IMG/VR virus record: IMGVR_UViG_3300045988_084534
Span: 32,001-96,000 of that record
DNA: 64,000 nucleotides
Strand: one strand, 5' to 3'
DNA from: a virus
The number at the start of each line of letters is the position of its first letter. Positions within the stretch are counted from its first letter, which is position 1. The position numbers and the translations under genes are program-made. Below are positions 19,358 to 28,783 of the stretch, piece by piece. The notes below the pieces were generated by a model. The model did no database searches and was not told the origin of the DNA. It saw only the letters and a program-made list of their open reading frames with translations.

Positions 19358-20068
19358 GTGAATATAACATTAACGGGCACAAAAGTCAAGCTCGATAATC
19401 GCACATTAGCATTTGAGGGCAATAATGGCGTTGATGATATTATTGTCACTGTGGACACTGACCCGTCATGGACATATAAACTAGACATTGATTACGCAAA
19501 TGAGAATTGTTGTTGCGGCGACGAGCATTATAATATCATTCAGCTAAATAGAGAGGGTGATGTGTGCTCGGTTACGCTAACAATGGGTATGTTGCCGCAT
19601 AATGGCAGATATATCATGCAGTTGCGCGGAATCAATGAGGACGGACGGGTGTATCACAGTGATTTATTTGAAGTATGGGTAAAGAAATCAATCAACCCGT
19701 GGAAAATATATACGCCTGTTCCAAGCGAATTTTTACAAATTGAACAAAATATTACAGAGGCGAATCAGCATCCTCCTTATCCAGACCCCAATGGTTCAGG
19801 CTACTGGATGATATGGAATACTGAGAAGCGGCAATACGAGCTTAGTGATATTCCTATAACAGGTGGGAGTGGCGATAAAACTTTTACGTTCGCCCAAGTA
19901 ACAGCATCGGATACATGGGTTATTCATCACGGATTAAATAAGCATCCGTCTGTAACCGTGGTAGATTCAGGGAACAATGTTGTCTTGGGCGCAGTGGAAT
20001 ATGTTGATTTGAATAATTGTATATGTAAATTCAACGCGCCTTTTTCTGGTAAGGCGTATTTGAATTAA
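19358..20068 (+). CDS. hypothetical fibre-module protein
   Basis: 236 aa. GTG start after AAGGAGG. Confidence 0.5.
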   Translation: MNITLTGTKVKLDNRTLAFEGNNGVDDIIVTVDTDPSWTYKLDIDYANENCCCGDEHYNIIQLNREGDVCSVTLTMGMLPHNGRYIMQLRGINEDGRVYHSDLFEVWVKKSINPWKIYTPVPSEFLQIEQNITEANQHPPYPDPNGSGYWMIWNTEKRQYELSDIPITGGSGDKTFTFAQVTASDTWVIHHGLNKHPSVTVVDSGNNVVLGAVEYVDLNNCICKFNAPFSGKAYLN

Positions 20069-20088
20069 ATAAGGAGGAAGTATAAATT

Positions 20089-21837
20089 ATGGCTACAAAG
20101 AAAATTCTAGCAAATTTAGACCTTGTGCAAAATGAGTTACAAAATGCCGTGATTCAGGTGTTAGCTAGTGACCCTGCTACTGGCAAATTAGGGCAAATTT
20201 ATTACAATAGCGCAAGTAAGGCGCTCATGCAATATGATGGTGCAAAGTGGAATAGGGTTGGTGTTGTATATCAGCAAGAATCAACCACTGGCGCTGTTAT
20301 TACAGGACTTGATGATGCTGGCAATGTTACCACTACTAATGTAACCGGCTTAACTCTTGCTGATTATACACCTGTTGAGGGTGGCTATGTCAGCACAAAT
20401 ATGAGTCTAGAGGACGCGCTTAACGCTCTTGATACAGCCGTTAAGAATGCCGTAGCTGGTGGTGGTGAAGAGAACCAGAACGCATGGTCTAAAATTTCTA
20501 TTCCGGCTCAGAGTAAGGCTGATACGGCAGTTGCTGGTCAGCTTGAGGATACAACGCTAAGCTCTGATGCTAAAGTTGATACGTTCACAATCAAGACTGG
20601 GAATAAGTGGATTGATGTCAATGGCTCTGGCAAAACGGTTAATATTGGGCATAGCCTATCTGGCGCAACGGCTGGTGTATATGGCGCATCAAATACTGTT
20701 GCCAAAATTACGGTTGATAAAGCTGGTCATGTGACCGAAGTAAATAACGTAGAAATCACCCCAGAGGCTATTGGAGCGGCTACTACAGCAGAGGTAGAGG
20801 CAGCACAGAATGCGGCTACTGCGGCACAAGCAAGCGCAGATGCAAAGGTGGCTTCTGTCACTGCTACTGAAAATGGCGGCATTGATATTGGCGGCACTAA
20901 GACAGCTCCTACTGTTGGTATCAAGCTAGACCCAACACAGGGAAATGCGGCTACTCTAGGAGCGGCTGGTTTAATGGTCACGATCCCAGAAGTAAATATT
21001 CCTGATTATACCATTGTCAAGCTAGGCACAGCAACAGAGGGCTATATTGCCACATACCAGCTTCAGAAAGATGGCGTTCAGGCTGGTGTAAATATTGATA
21101 TTCCAAAGGATTATCTAGTCAAATCGGCTGAAATCAAAACATCTACAGGTGAGGGCGACCCATCTGGTCTACCTGAAGGCTCTAAATATATTGATTTTGT
21201 CATCAATACTAAGGTCGGCACAGGTGAAGAAAGCCATATTTACCTAGACGTTCAGAGCCTAGTTGACGCTTATACAGCTGGCAATGGCATCGAGATTAGT
21301 GAAGCTAATGTTGTCTCAGCAAAGGTCGTTGCGGCTAATGGTCTGTCTGTTGATACAGATGGCATTAAGATGGGTGTGGCTTCTACTACTGAGGCAGGTG
21401 CAATGAGCGCGACTGACAAGACCAAGCTAGATGGTATTGATACTGGCGCTACTGCCAACACCATCACCCTGAATGGCACAGCGACTAAAACTCCTAGCTT
21501 CTATGCACCTACTACGGCTGGTACTAAGGGGCAACAGCTAGTATCTAATGGCACAGACGCACCTGTATGGCAGGATATGCCAACCAACCTCAAGAAATAT
21601 ACGGCAACTAATGGTGCTATTACGGCGGCTGGTGGTGCATTCTCTTGGACTATTGCTGCCGCTACTCATGGCGTTTCTAGCCCTATCACAGTACAGGTAT
21701 ATGAGGTGGCAACTGGCGGCATGGTGCTAACAGATGTTGGCGTTGCCGCAAATGGCGATGTGACTATTGGTATTAACGACACTGCGTCTGTTGGCACATT
21801 GACTGCTGGTACATATCGCGTAGTTATTATCGGATAA
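20089..21837 (+). CDS. tail fibre protein
   Basis: 582 aa. A/G/T/V-rich with low-complexity fibre-like repeats ('AGAMSATDKTKLDGIDTGA' is a typical fibre motif). AAGGAGG RBS. Confidence 0.6.
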   Translation: MATKKILANLDLVQNELQNAVIQVLASDPATGKLGQIYYNSASKALMQYDGAKWNRVGVVYQQESTTGAVITGLDDAGNVTTTNVTGLTLADYTPVEGGYVSTNMSLEDALNALDTAVKNAVAGGGEENQNAWSKISIPAQSKADTAVAGQLEDTTLSSDAKVDTFTIKTGNKWIDVNGSGKTVNIGHSLSGATAGVYGASNTVAKITVDKAGHVTEVNNVEITPEAIGAATTAEVEAAQNAATAAQASADAKVASVTATENGGIDIGGTKTAPTVGIKLDPTQGNAATLGAAGLMVTIPEVNIPDYTIVKLGTATEGYIATYQLQKDGVQAGVNIDIPKDYLVKSAEIKTSTGEGDPSGLPEGSKYIDFVINTKVGTGEESHIYLDVQSLVDAYTAGNGIEISEANVVSAKVVAANGLSVDTDGIKMGVASTTEAGAMSATDKTKLDGIDTGATANTITLNGTATKTPSFYAPTTAGTKGQQLVSNGTDAPVWQDMPTNLKKYTATNGAITAAGGAFSWTIAAATHGVSSPITVQVYEVATGGMVLTDVGVAANGDVTIGINDTASVGTLTAGTYRVVIIG

Positions 21838-21855
21838 TATAAGGAATCTAATTAA

Positions 21856-21893
21856 ATATCCCCATGATTGGGATATTGTGGGGATATATTTTT
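21856..21893 (+). terminator. rho-independent terminator after the fibre gene
   Basis: atatcccca-(14 nt)-tggggatat followed by ATTTTT. An alternative upstream pairing (aatatccc/gggatatt) is possible. Confidence 0.55.
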
Positions 21894-21909
21894 AGAAAGG
21901 AGGAATTTT

Positions 21910-22197
21910 ATGAAGGAGACATGGGTATGGAATAAAGCTATCCCGCAACGAGATACAAACTATAGTATTGGTTTTATTTCAAATGGTAAAAATTTTAACA
22001 CGATATATTTTTATGCTGATATAACAAGCAGTATGTCATATGATAGTGTAACGGTTGTAACTGGTACAGAAAATATGAGTCATTGGACGAATGAAGCATA
22101 TCGAACCGTTACATTTTCAACCTCGCCAACAGGCGACCTATTAACATACCTACAAGCTAATGCCACAAAACAATCTGCGGGGGGGGTATTGGCTTGA
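21910..22197 (+). CDS. hypothetical protein
   Basis: The ATG at 21910 is preceded by AAGGAGGAA. The ORF-track start at 21868 lies inside the terminator and is unlikely. Confidence 0.5.
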   Translation: MKETWVWNKAIPQRDTNYSIGFISNGKNFNTIYFYADITSSMSYDSVTVVTGTENMSHWTNEAYRTVTFSTSPTGDLLTYLQANATKQSAGGVLA

Positions 22198-23252
22198 AGA
22201 ATCTATCATCGTATAATCAAGATGTATCTGTACCTCGTAAAAAAGATGTTGATGCAAAACAAGATAAAATAACTGTCAACGGAATCGTCCAAGGAGATGG
22301 CAACGGCAATTTTTCTGCGGCGCAAACGGTCAATGGCGAGACCATCGAATTAAACGCCACCGCTGTTGGGCTTGGAAATGTTGATAACACGAGCGATGCC
22401 AATAAGCCGATCAGCACAGCGACACAAGAGGCATTGGACGGCAAACAGGACAAAATCACCGCCTCCGGCATTCTCAAGGGCGATGGTGCTGGTGGTGTAT
22501 CAGCGGCTGTTGCCAATACGGATTATGCTACTTGCACGAATTTGAGGAATGGTAGTGCTGAAGGTAGCATAAGAACTATAAGTGCAACAGAGGAAAGCTC
22601 GACATATACTATAGGAGGATATGCATTAGCGGAAGGATATGATACACGTTCGTCTGGAAACTATAGTCATGCTGAAGGATTTAAAACAAATGCTTCTGGA
22701 GAATATAGTCATGCCGAAGCATATAGAACAAAGGCTTCTGGTGCACAGAGTCACGCAGAAGGATCTTGGACACAAGCCTTGGATAGCAGCAGCCACTCAG
22801 AAGGGAATCGCACAATAGCTTCCGCTGAATTTAGCCATGCAGAAGGAGATAGTACAAAAGCTCAAGGTAAAACTTCTCATTCCGAAGGAACAGGAACAAT
22901 AGCTAATCATCTCTCTCAACATGTTCAAGGTGAATACAATATTCCTGACGCTTCTACTACTGTTGCTACAGAGCGTGGTAATTACGCCCATATTGTGGGT
23001 AACGGCACATCTTCTGCAAGTTCCAACGCCCACACTCTTGATTGGTCAGGTAATGCTTGGTTTGCTGGTGATGTATATGTGGGCAGCACAAGCGGCACGA
23101 ATAAAGATGATGGAAGCAAAAAGCTGATAAAAGAGGGCGATGCTGGATTATTGCCTACCGTTACGACCGCTGACAACGGGAAATTCCTGCGAGTAGTCAA
23201 TGGCGCGTGGGCGGCGGCTACGGTCGATAATGCGAATGGAGGTGCATTCTGA
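22194..23252 (+). CDS. tail fibre protein with 'GLGNVDNTSD..KPIS' motif and YadA-head-like 'SHAEG' repeats
   Basis: 352 aa. 'VGLGNVDNTSDANKPISTATQEALDGKQDKI' is a widespread phage fibre motif. It also has 7 tandem ~14-aa repeats (YSHAEGFKTNASGE / YSHAEAYRTKASGA / ...). Confidence 0.6.
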   Translation: MKNLSSYNQDVSVPRKKDVDAKQDKITVNGIVQGDGNGNFSAAQTVNGETIELNATAVGLGNVDNTSDANKPISTATQEALDGKQDKITASGILKGDGAGGVSAAVANTDYATCTNLRNGSAEGSIRTISATEESSTYTIGGYALAEGYDTRSSGNYSHAEGFKTNASGEYSHAEAYRTKASGAQSHAEGSWTQALDSSSHSEGNRTIASAEFSHAEGDSTKAQGKTSHSEGTGTIANHLSQHVQGEYNIPDASTTVATERGNYAHIVGNGTSSASSNAHTLDWSGNAWFAGDVYVGSTSGTNKDDGSKKLIKEGDAGLLPTVTTADNGKFLRVVNGAWAAATVDNANGGAF

Positions 23253-24661
23253 TGGCAGCACCTGAACCTTCCTCCATCATTGAATATCTGACAAACAGCA
23301 CTGACCTGACAAAGGTCGCAGATGCAATCCGCGCGAAGGGCGGTACAACCGAACAGCTTATCTACCCGGACGGCTTTGTAACGGCGATTGAGGATATTCC
23401 GACTGGCGGCACGCCATCTGAACCGCCTGCGGAGGCGGACATCAACTTTTACGATTACGACGGCACATTACTCTACGCGTGGACGCTCGCCGAGCTGGCG
23501 GGCAAGACGGCGCTGCCAGACCTGCCGACACGCACGGGGCTGATTTGTCAGGGCTGGAACTGGACGCTGGAAAACATTAAGGCGCAGGGGACACCGATCA
23601 ATGTCGGCGCGAATTACATCACGGACGACGGCGCGACGCGATTTTATCTGGACATCCCGGAGGGCGGCGTGCTGACGATGCCGCTGATGATCGCACAATC
23701 GGTATCAGGAGGCGTGACGATCTCATGGGGCGATGGACAGACGGAAACCATCTCCGGCACGGGAAATGTACAGACCTCGCACACCTATGCAACGCCCGGC
23801 AAGTACACACTCAGTCTCCTGCCAGCAGAGGGCTGTGAAATCAATTTTGGGCATTCTGTTGCCGAGCAGAACGTATTCGGAAGCATCAGCAACAATAATC
23901 TTGCACTGCAAGCAAATGTGAAAAAAGTGGAGCTAGGGCGTGGATTTTCAGGACTTCGCGCATTCTCGCTCCAGAATATGCGGGCGGTAACGTGCATCTC
24001 AATGCCTGCCGGAATTACATCCATGAATAGCGCCTGTGTTGCACAGTGTGAAGCGCTGAAAGCGATCGCGCTGCCAAAAAACCTTACTACACTGGGCGGA
24101 TCGGTGCTTACTTCGTGCACAAGCCTTGCCGTCGTTGCGGCATCGGACAGCACATATCCAGCGAATAACTTTTTGAGAGGTGCTTACGCCGCTCATAAGC
24201 TCATATTCCGCAAAGCGCTGAAAAGTATCGGAAACCTTGCGTTCCAGAACTGCTATGCTTTGTCTGCGGTGTATGGGATCGGCAACGTCACAAGCATGGG
24301 GAACAATGCTTTCCAAAACTGCCGGAACTTGTGCAATGATCTGCCTGCTCTAAAAATCACAAGCGTTCCGGCGAGTTGCTTCAGTGGATGCTATTCCCTC
24401 AGCAGACTGAGATTCACAGGGGCAATTACCAACATTGCGGCAGGTGCATTCACGAACTGTTATGGCATTATGCTCTACGACTTTACGGGATGTACCGCCG
24501 TGCCGACATTGGCGAACACCAACGCGTTCACGGGTATCAATGCAAATTGTAAAATCCAAGTTCCGGCGTCGTTGGTGGACGAATGGAAAGCCGCCACGAA
24601 CTGGGCGACGTATGCAGACTACATCGTGGGTATCGCGCAAGGTGGAGGGAGTGCAAATTAA
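23252..24661 (+). CDS. BspA-type leucine-rich-repeat (LRR_5-like) protein, probable receptor-binding/adhesin cargo
   Basis: 469 aa. Repeats of '...I..I(G/A)..AF..C..L..(I/V)..P..(V/I)T.I...' (for example 'SIGNLAFQNCYALSAV', 'SMGNNAFQNCRNL', 'NIAAGAFTNCYGI'). The GC content is markedly higher than in the flanks. Confidence 0.6.
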   Translation: MAAPEPSSIIEYLTNSTDLTKVADAIRAKGGTTEQLIYPDGFVTAIEDIPTGGTPSEPPAEADINFYDYDGTLLYAWTLAELAGKTALPDLPTRTGLICQGWNWTLENIKAQGTPINVGANYITDDGATRFYLDIPEGGVLTMPLMIAQSVSGGVTISWGDGQTETISGTGNVQTSHTYATPGKYTLSLLPAEGCEINFGHSVAEQNVFGSISNNNLALQANVKKVELGRGFSGLRAFSLQNMRAVTCISMPAGITSMNSACVAQCEALKAIALPKNLTTLGGSVLTSCTSLAVVAASDSTYPANNFLRGAYAAHKLIFRKALKSIGNLAFQNCYALSAVYGIGNVTSMGNNAFQNCRNLCNDLPALKITSVPASCFSGCYSLSRLRFTGAITNIAAGAFTNCYGIMLYDFTGCTAVPTLANTNAFTGINANCKIQVPASLVDEWKAATNWATYADYIVGIAQGGGSAN

Positions 24662-25018
24662 ATGATAATCAGAGAACACTACAAAACGCGCAGTGACGGC
24701 GTGGAGCTGTATAGGACGTATTCGGACGCAGGTTATCTCATCCGGCAGGTGGAAACCGGCGCGGAATACTCCGAGGCGATTGATATTGCGGACGCGCCAT
24801 ATACCTACACGGAAACGGACAAGCCGGATGTGAGCGGCATTGAGCCGATCCCCGCAGAGCGCGGCATGGAGTACACCTATGGGCAGTATTACGCCGACCC
24901 GGAGGACGGCGCGCTGTACCTCTGCGGAGTGCCCGGACAGGAGAGCACAGGGACGGTCGTGCTGGACTATCTGCCGCATGAGCTAGTTGGACAATATTTC
25001 GAGGCGGTGAAGCAATGA
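24662..25018 (+). CDS. hypothetical protein (high-GC cassette)
   Basis: 118 aa. Its start abuts the previous stop. It shares the GC-rich composition of 23252-24661. Confidence 0.5.
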   Translation: MIIREHYKTRSDGVELYRTYSDAGYLIRQVETGAEYSEAIDIADAPYTYTETDKPDVSGIEPIPAERGMEYTYGQYYADPEDGALYLCGVPGQESTGTVVLDYLPHELVGQYFEAVKQ

Positions 25019-25488
25019 ATATACTTGGAGTAAACGGAAAGCCTGTTGTGGTGGGCGGTAAGGTCATTTTGCCGCCGAGTGGCGTGGACGTGAGATTGAA
25101 TGCTATTACACCTGAAAGATACCAGTATGTTGAAGATGAGAATAAAGCCACTTTAGATTTGAGTGGATTGATTACGGGCAACTATTTTATATGCTTTTTT
25201 AGTTTTGAAGGAATACAAAGAATCAATGGGAAATCCGTGGAAATCACTATTTCATTTCAATCTATGGGTTCTAATTTTATGGGTGGCGCTATTCGTGGAA
25301 CAGGTGTGTTTTTCTATCGTGATGGTTCTAATGGAGCTGCATCGATAAACGCTTACTTGGAAAGCGGCAGCGATCATGTTTATGATATTTCTAACGACTT
25401 TACAACGTTGTTAGATTCTGAAGGTTATATCATGGCAAATTGTAGGATAGATCAAGTGAATGCTTCTTATGTAGTCAGTTGGAACTAA
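25015..25488 (+). CDS. hypothetical protein
   Basis: 157 aa. ATGA overlap with the previous gene. Confidence 0.5.
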   Translation: MNILGVNGKPVVVGGKVILPPSGVDVRLNAITPERYQYVEDENKATLDLSGLITGNYFICFFSFEGIQRINGKSVEITISFQSMGSNFMGGAIRGTGVFFYRDGSNGAASINAYLESGSDHVYDISNDFTTLLDSEGYIMANCRIDQVNASYVVSWN

Positions 25489-25512
25489 TAGTGGAGAGGA
25501 AGGTAATATAAT

Positions 25513-25836
25513 ATGTCTACAACACAAATTATTAACATTATTGTAGCAGTTCTTAGTGGACTAGCGGCTTGTATTCCACTAGTAGTTAAGCTAGTAGAAT
25601 ATGTAAAGAAAGCCACCCAAGAAAAGAATTGGGCTGGGCTACTTGGACTAGTTATGAAGTTAATTGCTCAAGCAGAGCAGAAATTTACTGATGGCGCGAC
25701 CCGTAAAGAATGGGTTATGGCTATGGTTCAGACAAGCGCAGAATATGTAAATTATCCATTAGATACTCAAGCTCTAAGCAATATGATTGATGAGCTAGTC
25801 AAGTTGACCAACAAAGTTAATGTTGACAAGAAATGA
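25513..25836 (+). CDS. holin-like protein (LL-H-family-like architecture)
   Basis: 107 aa. One N-terminal TM helix ('IINIIVAVLSGLAACIPLVV') is followed by an amphipathic soluble tail, as in LL-H-type holins. Confidence 0.5.
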   Translation: MSTTQIINIIVAVLSGLAACIPLVVKLVEYVKKATQEKNWAGLLGLVMKLIAQAEQKFTDGATRKEWVMAMVQTSAEYVNYPLDTQALSNMIDELVKLTNKVNVDKK

Positions 25837-26087
25837 GTAAATTAAATTATAAGCGAAAATGGCAAAAAGGGCAGATGGCTCGGACGTTAGTAATATACTG
25901 CGTCCGAGCTATTACCTTAGTGGCAGTATGGGCAGTAGCCGTCAAAACATATGCCGTCATTAGATATGGCGCAACGGATATTAGCGACGTGCTGATTTAT
26001 GTTGCATCGGCATTTGGCGGAGAATTGCTCTTACTAGCTTTTAAGCGCGTATTTGCCAAAAAGAATGAAAATACAGATATAGAATAG
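25833..26087 (+). CDS. two-TM membrane protein (holin/antiholin candidate)
   Basis: 84 aa. Two hydrophobic helices ('LVIYCVRAITLVAVWAVAV', 'VLIYVASAFGGELLLLAF') and a charged C-terminus. Confidence 0.5.
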   Translation: MSKLNYKRKWQKGQMARTLVIYCVRAITLVAVWAVAVKTYAVIRYGATDISDVLIYVASAFGGELLLLAFKRVFAKKNENTDIE

Positions 26088-26099
26088 AAAGGATAATGT

Positions 26100-26288
26100 A
26101 TGATAACCCTATATCGCCCAGCAGGATATGATAATCCAAGAGCGCCAGAATTTATAGGACGCTCTATTGATACTAAACCAACTGATGTAGAAAACGGCGC
26201 AAGCTACATTGAACTAGATACTGGACGCGTATACCGTTATGACAAGGAAAACAACTTATGGATTGAGGGAAAGGAACAGCGCCAATGA
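26100..26288 (+). CDS. small protein paralogous to the N-terminus of the following fibre protein
   Basis: 62 aa. 'MITLYRPAGYD...NGASYIELDTGRVYRYDKENNLWIE' parallels 'MITLTRPAYYD...NGDEYYEIDTAKFFRYNETSHEWIE' at 26285-. Confidence 0.5.
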   Translation: MITLYRPAGYDNPRAPEFIGRSIDTKPTDVENGASYIELDTGRVYRYDKENNLWIEGKEQRQ

Positions 26289-28177
26289 TTACATTAACCA
26301 GACCGGCTTATTACGACAAGTATAGATATGCCCAATATTGTGGATTAGAGAAAGATGACAAATCAACAATATCAGCAAACAATGGCGACGAATATTATGA
26401 AATAGATACGGCTAAATTTTTTAGATATAATGAAACAAGCCATGAATGGATAGAGCAACCAAGTGATGCCGCACCTATTGATACTGGTTTGCCGCCTATG
26501 ACCAGTGAGACAGTAGGGCATTTTCTTAGTAATGATGGTTCTGTGACAAAATGGCAACCAATAGCATCTAAGAATTTTGTGATTGGGCTTACTGAACACG
26601 TTGACAATGGTACATATACTGCGGATAAGACATGGGTCGAAATTAAGACGGCTTATGATGAATTACAGAATATAGTCATTAGGCATGATAGTGCAGAAAT
26701 GCCATTGATGAACGTGCAACTAGCAAATAATGGCGATGCGACATTCTTATTTGGTCATGTTGAGATACAAACTGGCGGTCAGCGCATTGTGACACGAGGC
26801 ATTCAATATAGTCATATAGGCGCAACAGATACATGGAGCGACTATGATATGGAGGCTGATTTATCTGAATATCTGCCATTAGCTGGCGGCAATATGCAAG
26901 GCGCATTGACTTTGGCTGGCGCTCCAACAGAAGATAATCATGCCGCAAATAAAGAATATGTGGATAAGCGCAATCTTGAAGTAAAGTTCACACAAGACGC
27001 CACTGCTGGTATTACTACACCTACTGAAATTCGTGAAATTACACAAGCGGTTATAAATAATCGTACTGTTACGGCTACTCTTGATGGTGATACATATATG
27101 CTCATGTCGGCATCTGCGGCTGATGCTTCATTTGTTAGAACTGAGGGCAATACAGTAAGCGTATTAAGATATAATATAGATGATGCTGGTTGGGCAAAAG
27201 AACAAACCACCCTGTTAGATACAAAGGGTGGCACAATGACTGGCAATATTGATATGGCGGCACATAGTATTATCAATGTGCAGAAAATTCATATTGACGG
27301 GCAAGCTAATTTGTATCTTGGCTCTGTTGCTGAAAAGGCTGGAACAACCGGCGCTCGTTTGACAGGAGCGATAAGTGGTGGTGCGGCATTCGTTAAGCCA
27401 GACAAGCAATCTGAGTATGTGCCTGTATCAGTTGGCGCACCAACTGCATCTGAGCACGCTGTCAACTTAGGGCATTTAACACAGCCACTATTAGCAGATG
27501 CGCCAGCTTCAGACGAATGTATATCCAACAAGAAATATGTTGATGACCAAGTGGCTACAAGAGTTCCATTAGTAACAGCCAATCAAGGTCAAATTAAGGC
27601 GTATGTGCAAAATGGCACTAAGCCTGATGTATGCCTAGTATCAGATGGTGGAACGGCTCTGTGTATTGCTCGATATACAGCCAAAGGACACCTGATTGAC
27701 CAGACTGCACCCACAGAGAACAATCACTTGACTAATAAGCAGTATGTAGACACAAAGGTGGCTCAGACAGGTGGTAACATATCTGGCGACTTAATGATTG
27801 GCGGTTCATTAACAATCAACGGAATTGGCTCAATGATGGGTACGCCCACACAGAATGTTGACATTGTGAATAAGGGCTACTTAGATTCATCTATAAGTGA
27901 TGTTATAAGAAAATCTAGCGTTACGGTAGGCGCAAATTCTAGTGTAAATGTTCCTTTGTCAAACGGCGCATATTTACTTACTGTATCAGATGATATGCAC
28001 GGTGGTCTAGTATTTGTATCTGTTTATCCTTCAGGCGAAACAATAAATGGTCTAGTTAATTTGAATAATTGGAAATGTGAAAGAATTAGTAGTGGTAGTG
28101 GCGTGACGTTGACAAATAGCGCCACATCCGATATGACGGTATATATTACCTCTATTGGAGAAGGAACATATAGATGA
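26285..28177 (+). CDS. tail fibre / receptor-binding protein
   Basis: 630 aa. Recurring 'A(P/T)TE(D/N)NH(A/L)(A/T)NK(E/Q)YVD' motifs (three copies) are typical of fibre shafts. ATGA overlap with the previous ORF. Confidence 0.6.
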   Translation: MITLTRPAYYDKYRYAQYCGLEKDDKSTISANNGDEYYEIDTAKFFRYNETSHEWIEQPSDAAPIDTGLPPMTSETVGHFLSNDGSVTKWQPIASKNFVIGLTEHVDNGTYTADKTWVEIKTAYDELQNIVIRHDSAEMPLMNVQLANNGDATFLFGHVEIQTGGQRIVTRGIQYSHIGATDTWSDYDMEADLSEYLPLAGGNMQGALTLAGAPTEDNHAANKEYVDKRNLEVKFTQDATAGITTPTEIREITQAVINNRTVTATLDGDTYMLMSASAADASFVRTEGNTVSVLRYNIDDAGWAKEQTTLLDTKGGTMTGNIDMAAHSIINVQKIHIDGQANLYLGSVAEKAGTTGARLTGAISGGAAFVKPDKQSEYVPVSVGAPTASEHAVNLGHLTQPLLADAPASDECISNKKYVDDQVATRVPLVTANQGQIKAYVQNGTKPDVCLVSDGGTALCIARYTAKGHLIDQTAPTENNHLTNKQYVDTKVAQTGGNISGDLMIGGSLTINGIGSMMGTPTQNVDIVNKGYLDSSISDVIRKSSVTVGANSSVNVPLSNGAYLLTVSDDMHGGLVFVSVYPSGETINGLVNLNNWKCERISSGSGVTLTNSATSDMTVYITSIGEGTYR

Positions 28178-28186
28178 AAGGAATGA

Positions 28187-28723
28187 TTGAATATGGCTAA
28201 TTTTTGTGGTGGCATTCGCTTAGGCGATGGACTCAAGATTATTAACGGGGTGATTTGTGATGCAAATGCAACAACTGTTGATAGAAGTAAAGCAGTATCT
28301 ACTTGCGGTCAACTCTGGGATGGCGCATTATTTACCGTGGTTAAAGTTGGCGGCGCTGGTTATATCACTCTACATGGTTCGGAAGGCGAAGAAATTGGTG
28401 CGCCTATTGTGGGTCGTGGGAATTGCGGCGTTGGTCTTGATGGACGTTTTTTCAAGGTAGTAAAGGGCGCTGTTACGCTACAAGAGGGCTTCCTACTTAC
28501 TGTTGATGTAACACCAAAGGATGCTATTATCACCGTGACTGATGTTGATGGTGAAGTGATTGACCCAGTTAGTGGCAATGCCAAGCAATTCTTACTAAAG
28601 GGCATTGGCGACACATATACTGTTACAGCTACTAGAGAAGGATATACTACTGAAGCCAAACAAGTCAAGAATACAGGCGACCAGACGTTTACTATTGTAA
28701 TGAAAGAAGCTACTGGCGACTAA
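28187..28723 (+). CDS. hypothetical protein with C-terminal beta-sandwich (PEGA/CarboxypepD_reg-like) region
   Basis: 178 aa. 'LTVDVTPKDAIITVTDVDGEVI...TYTVTATREGYTTEAKQV' has a PEGA-like pattern. Confidence 0.45.
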   Translation: MNMANFCGGIRLGDGLKIINGVICDANATTVDRSKAVSTCGQLWDGALFTVVKVGGAGYITLHGSEGEEIGAPIVGRGNCGVGLDGRFFKVVKGAVTLQEGFLLTVDVTPKDAIITVTDVDGEVIDPVSGNAKQFLLKGIGDTYTVTATREGYTTEAKQVKNTGDQTFTIVMKEATGD

Positions 28724-28733
28724 TATAAATTTA

Positions 28734-28783
28734 TAGGGAACATGAAATAGATAATTATATCTACCATGTTCCCTATTTTTTTT
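28734..28783. terminator. bidirectional hairpin terminator at the convergence of the + and - modules
   Basis: tagggaacatg-(20 nt, itself tagata-atta-tatcta)-catgttcccta, followed by T8 on the + strand. It sits between the last + gene (ends 28723) and the last - gene (ends 28783). Confidence 0.7.

Noticed and set aside
23468-25181. Cluster of long antisense and alternative-frame ORFs (for example 23785-24153, 24350-24979 and 24738-25181 on the minus strand).
   Set aside because: They occur only within the GC-rich cassette, where stop codons are rare. They lack RBSs, are Arg/Pro/Cys-rich nonsense and overlap a convincing LRR protein gene on the + strand.
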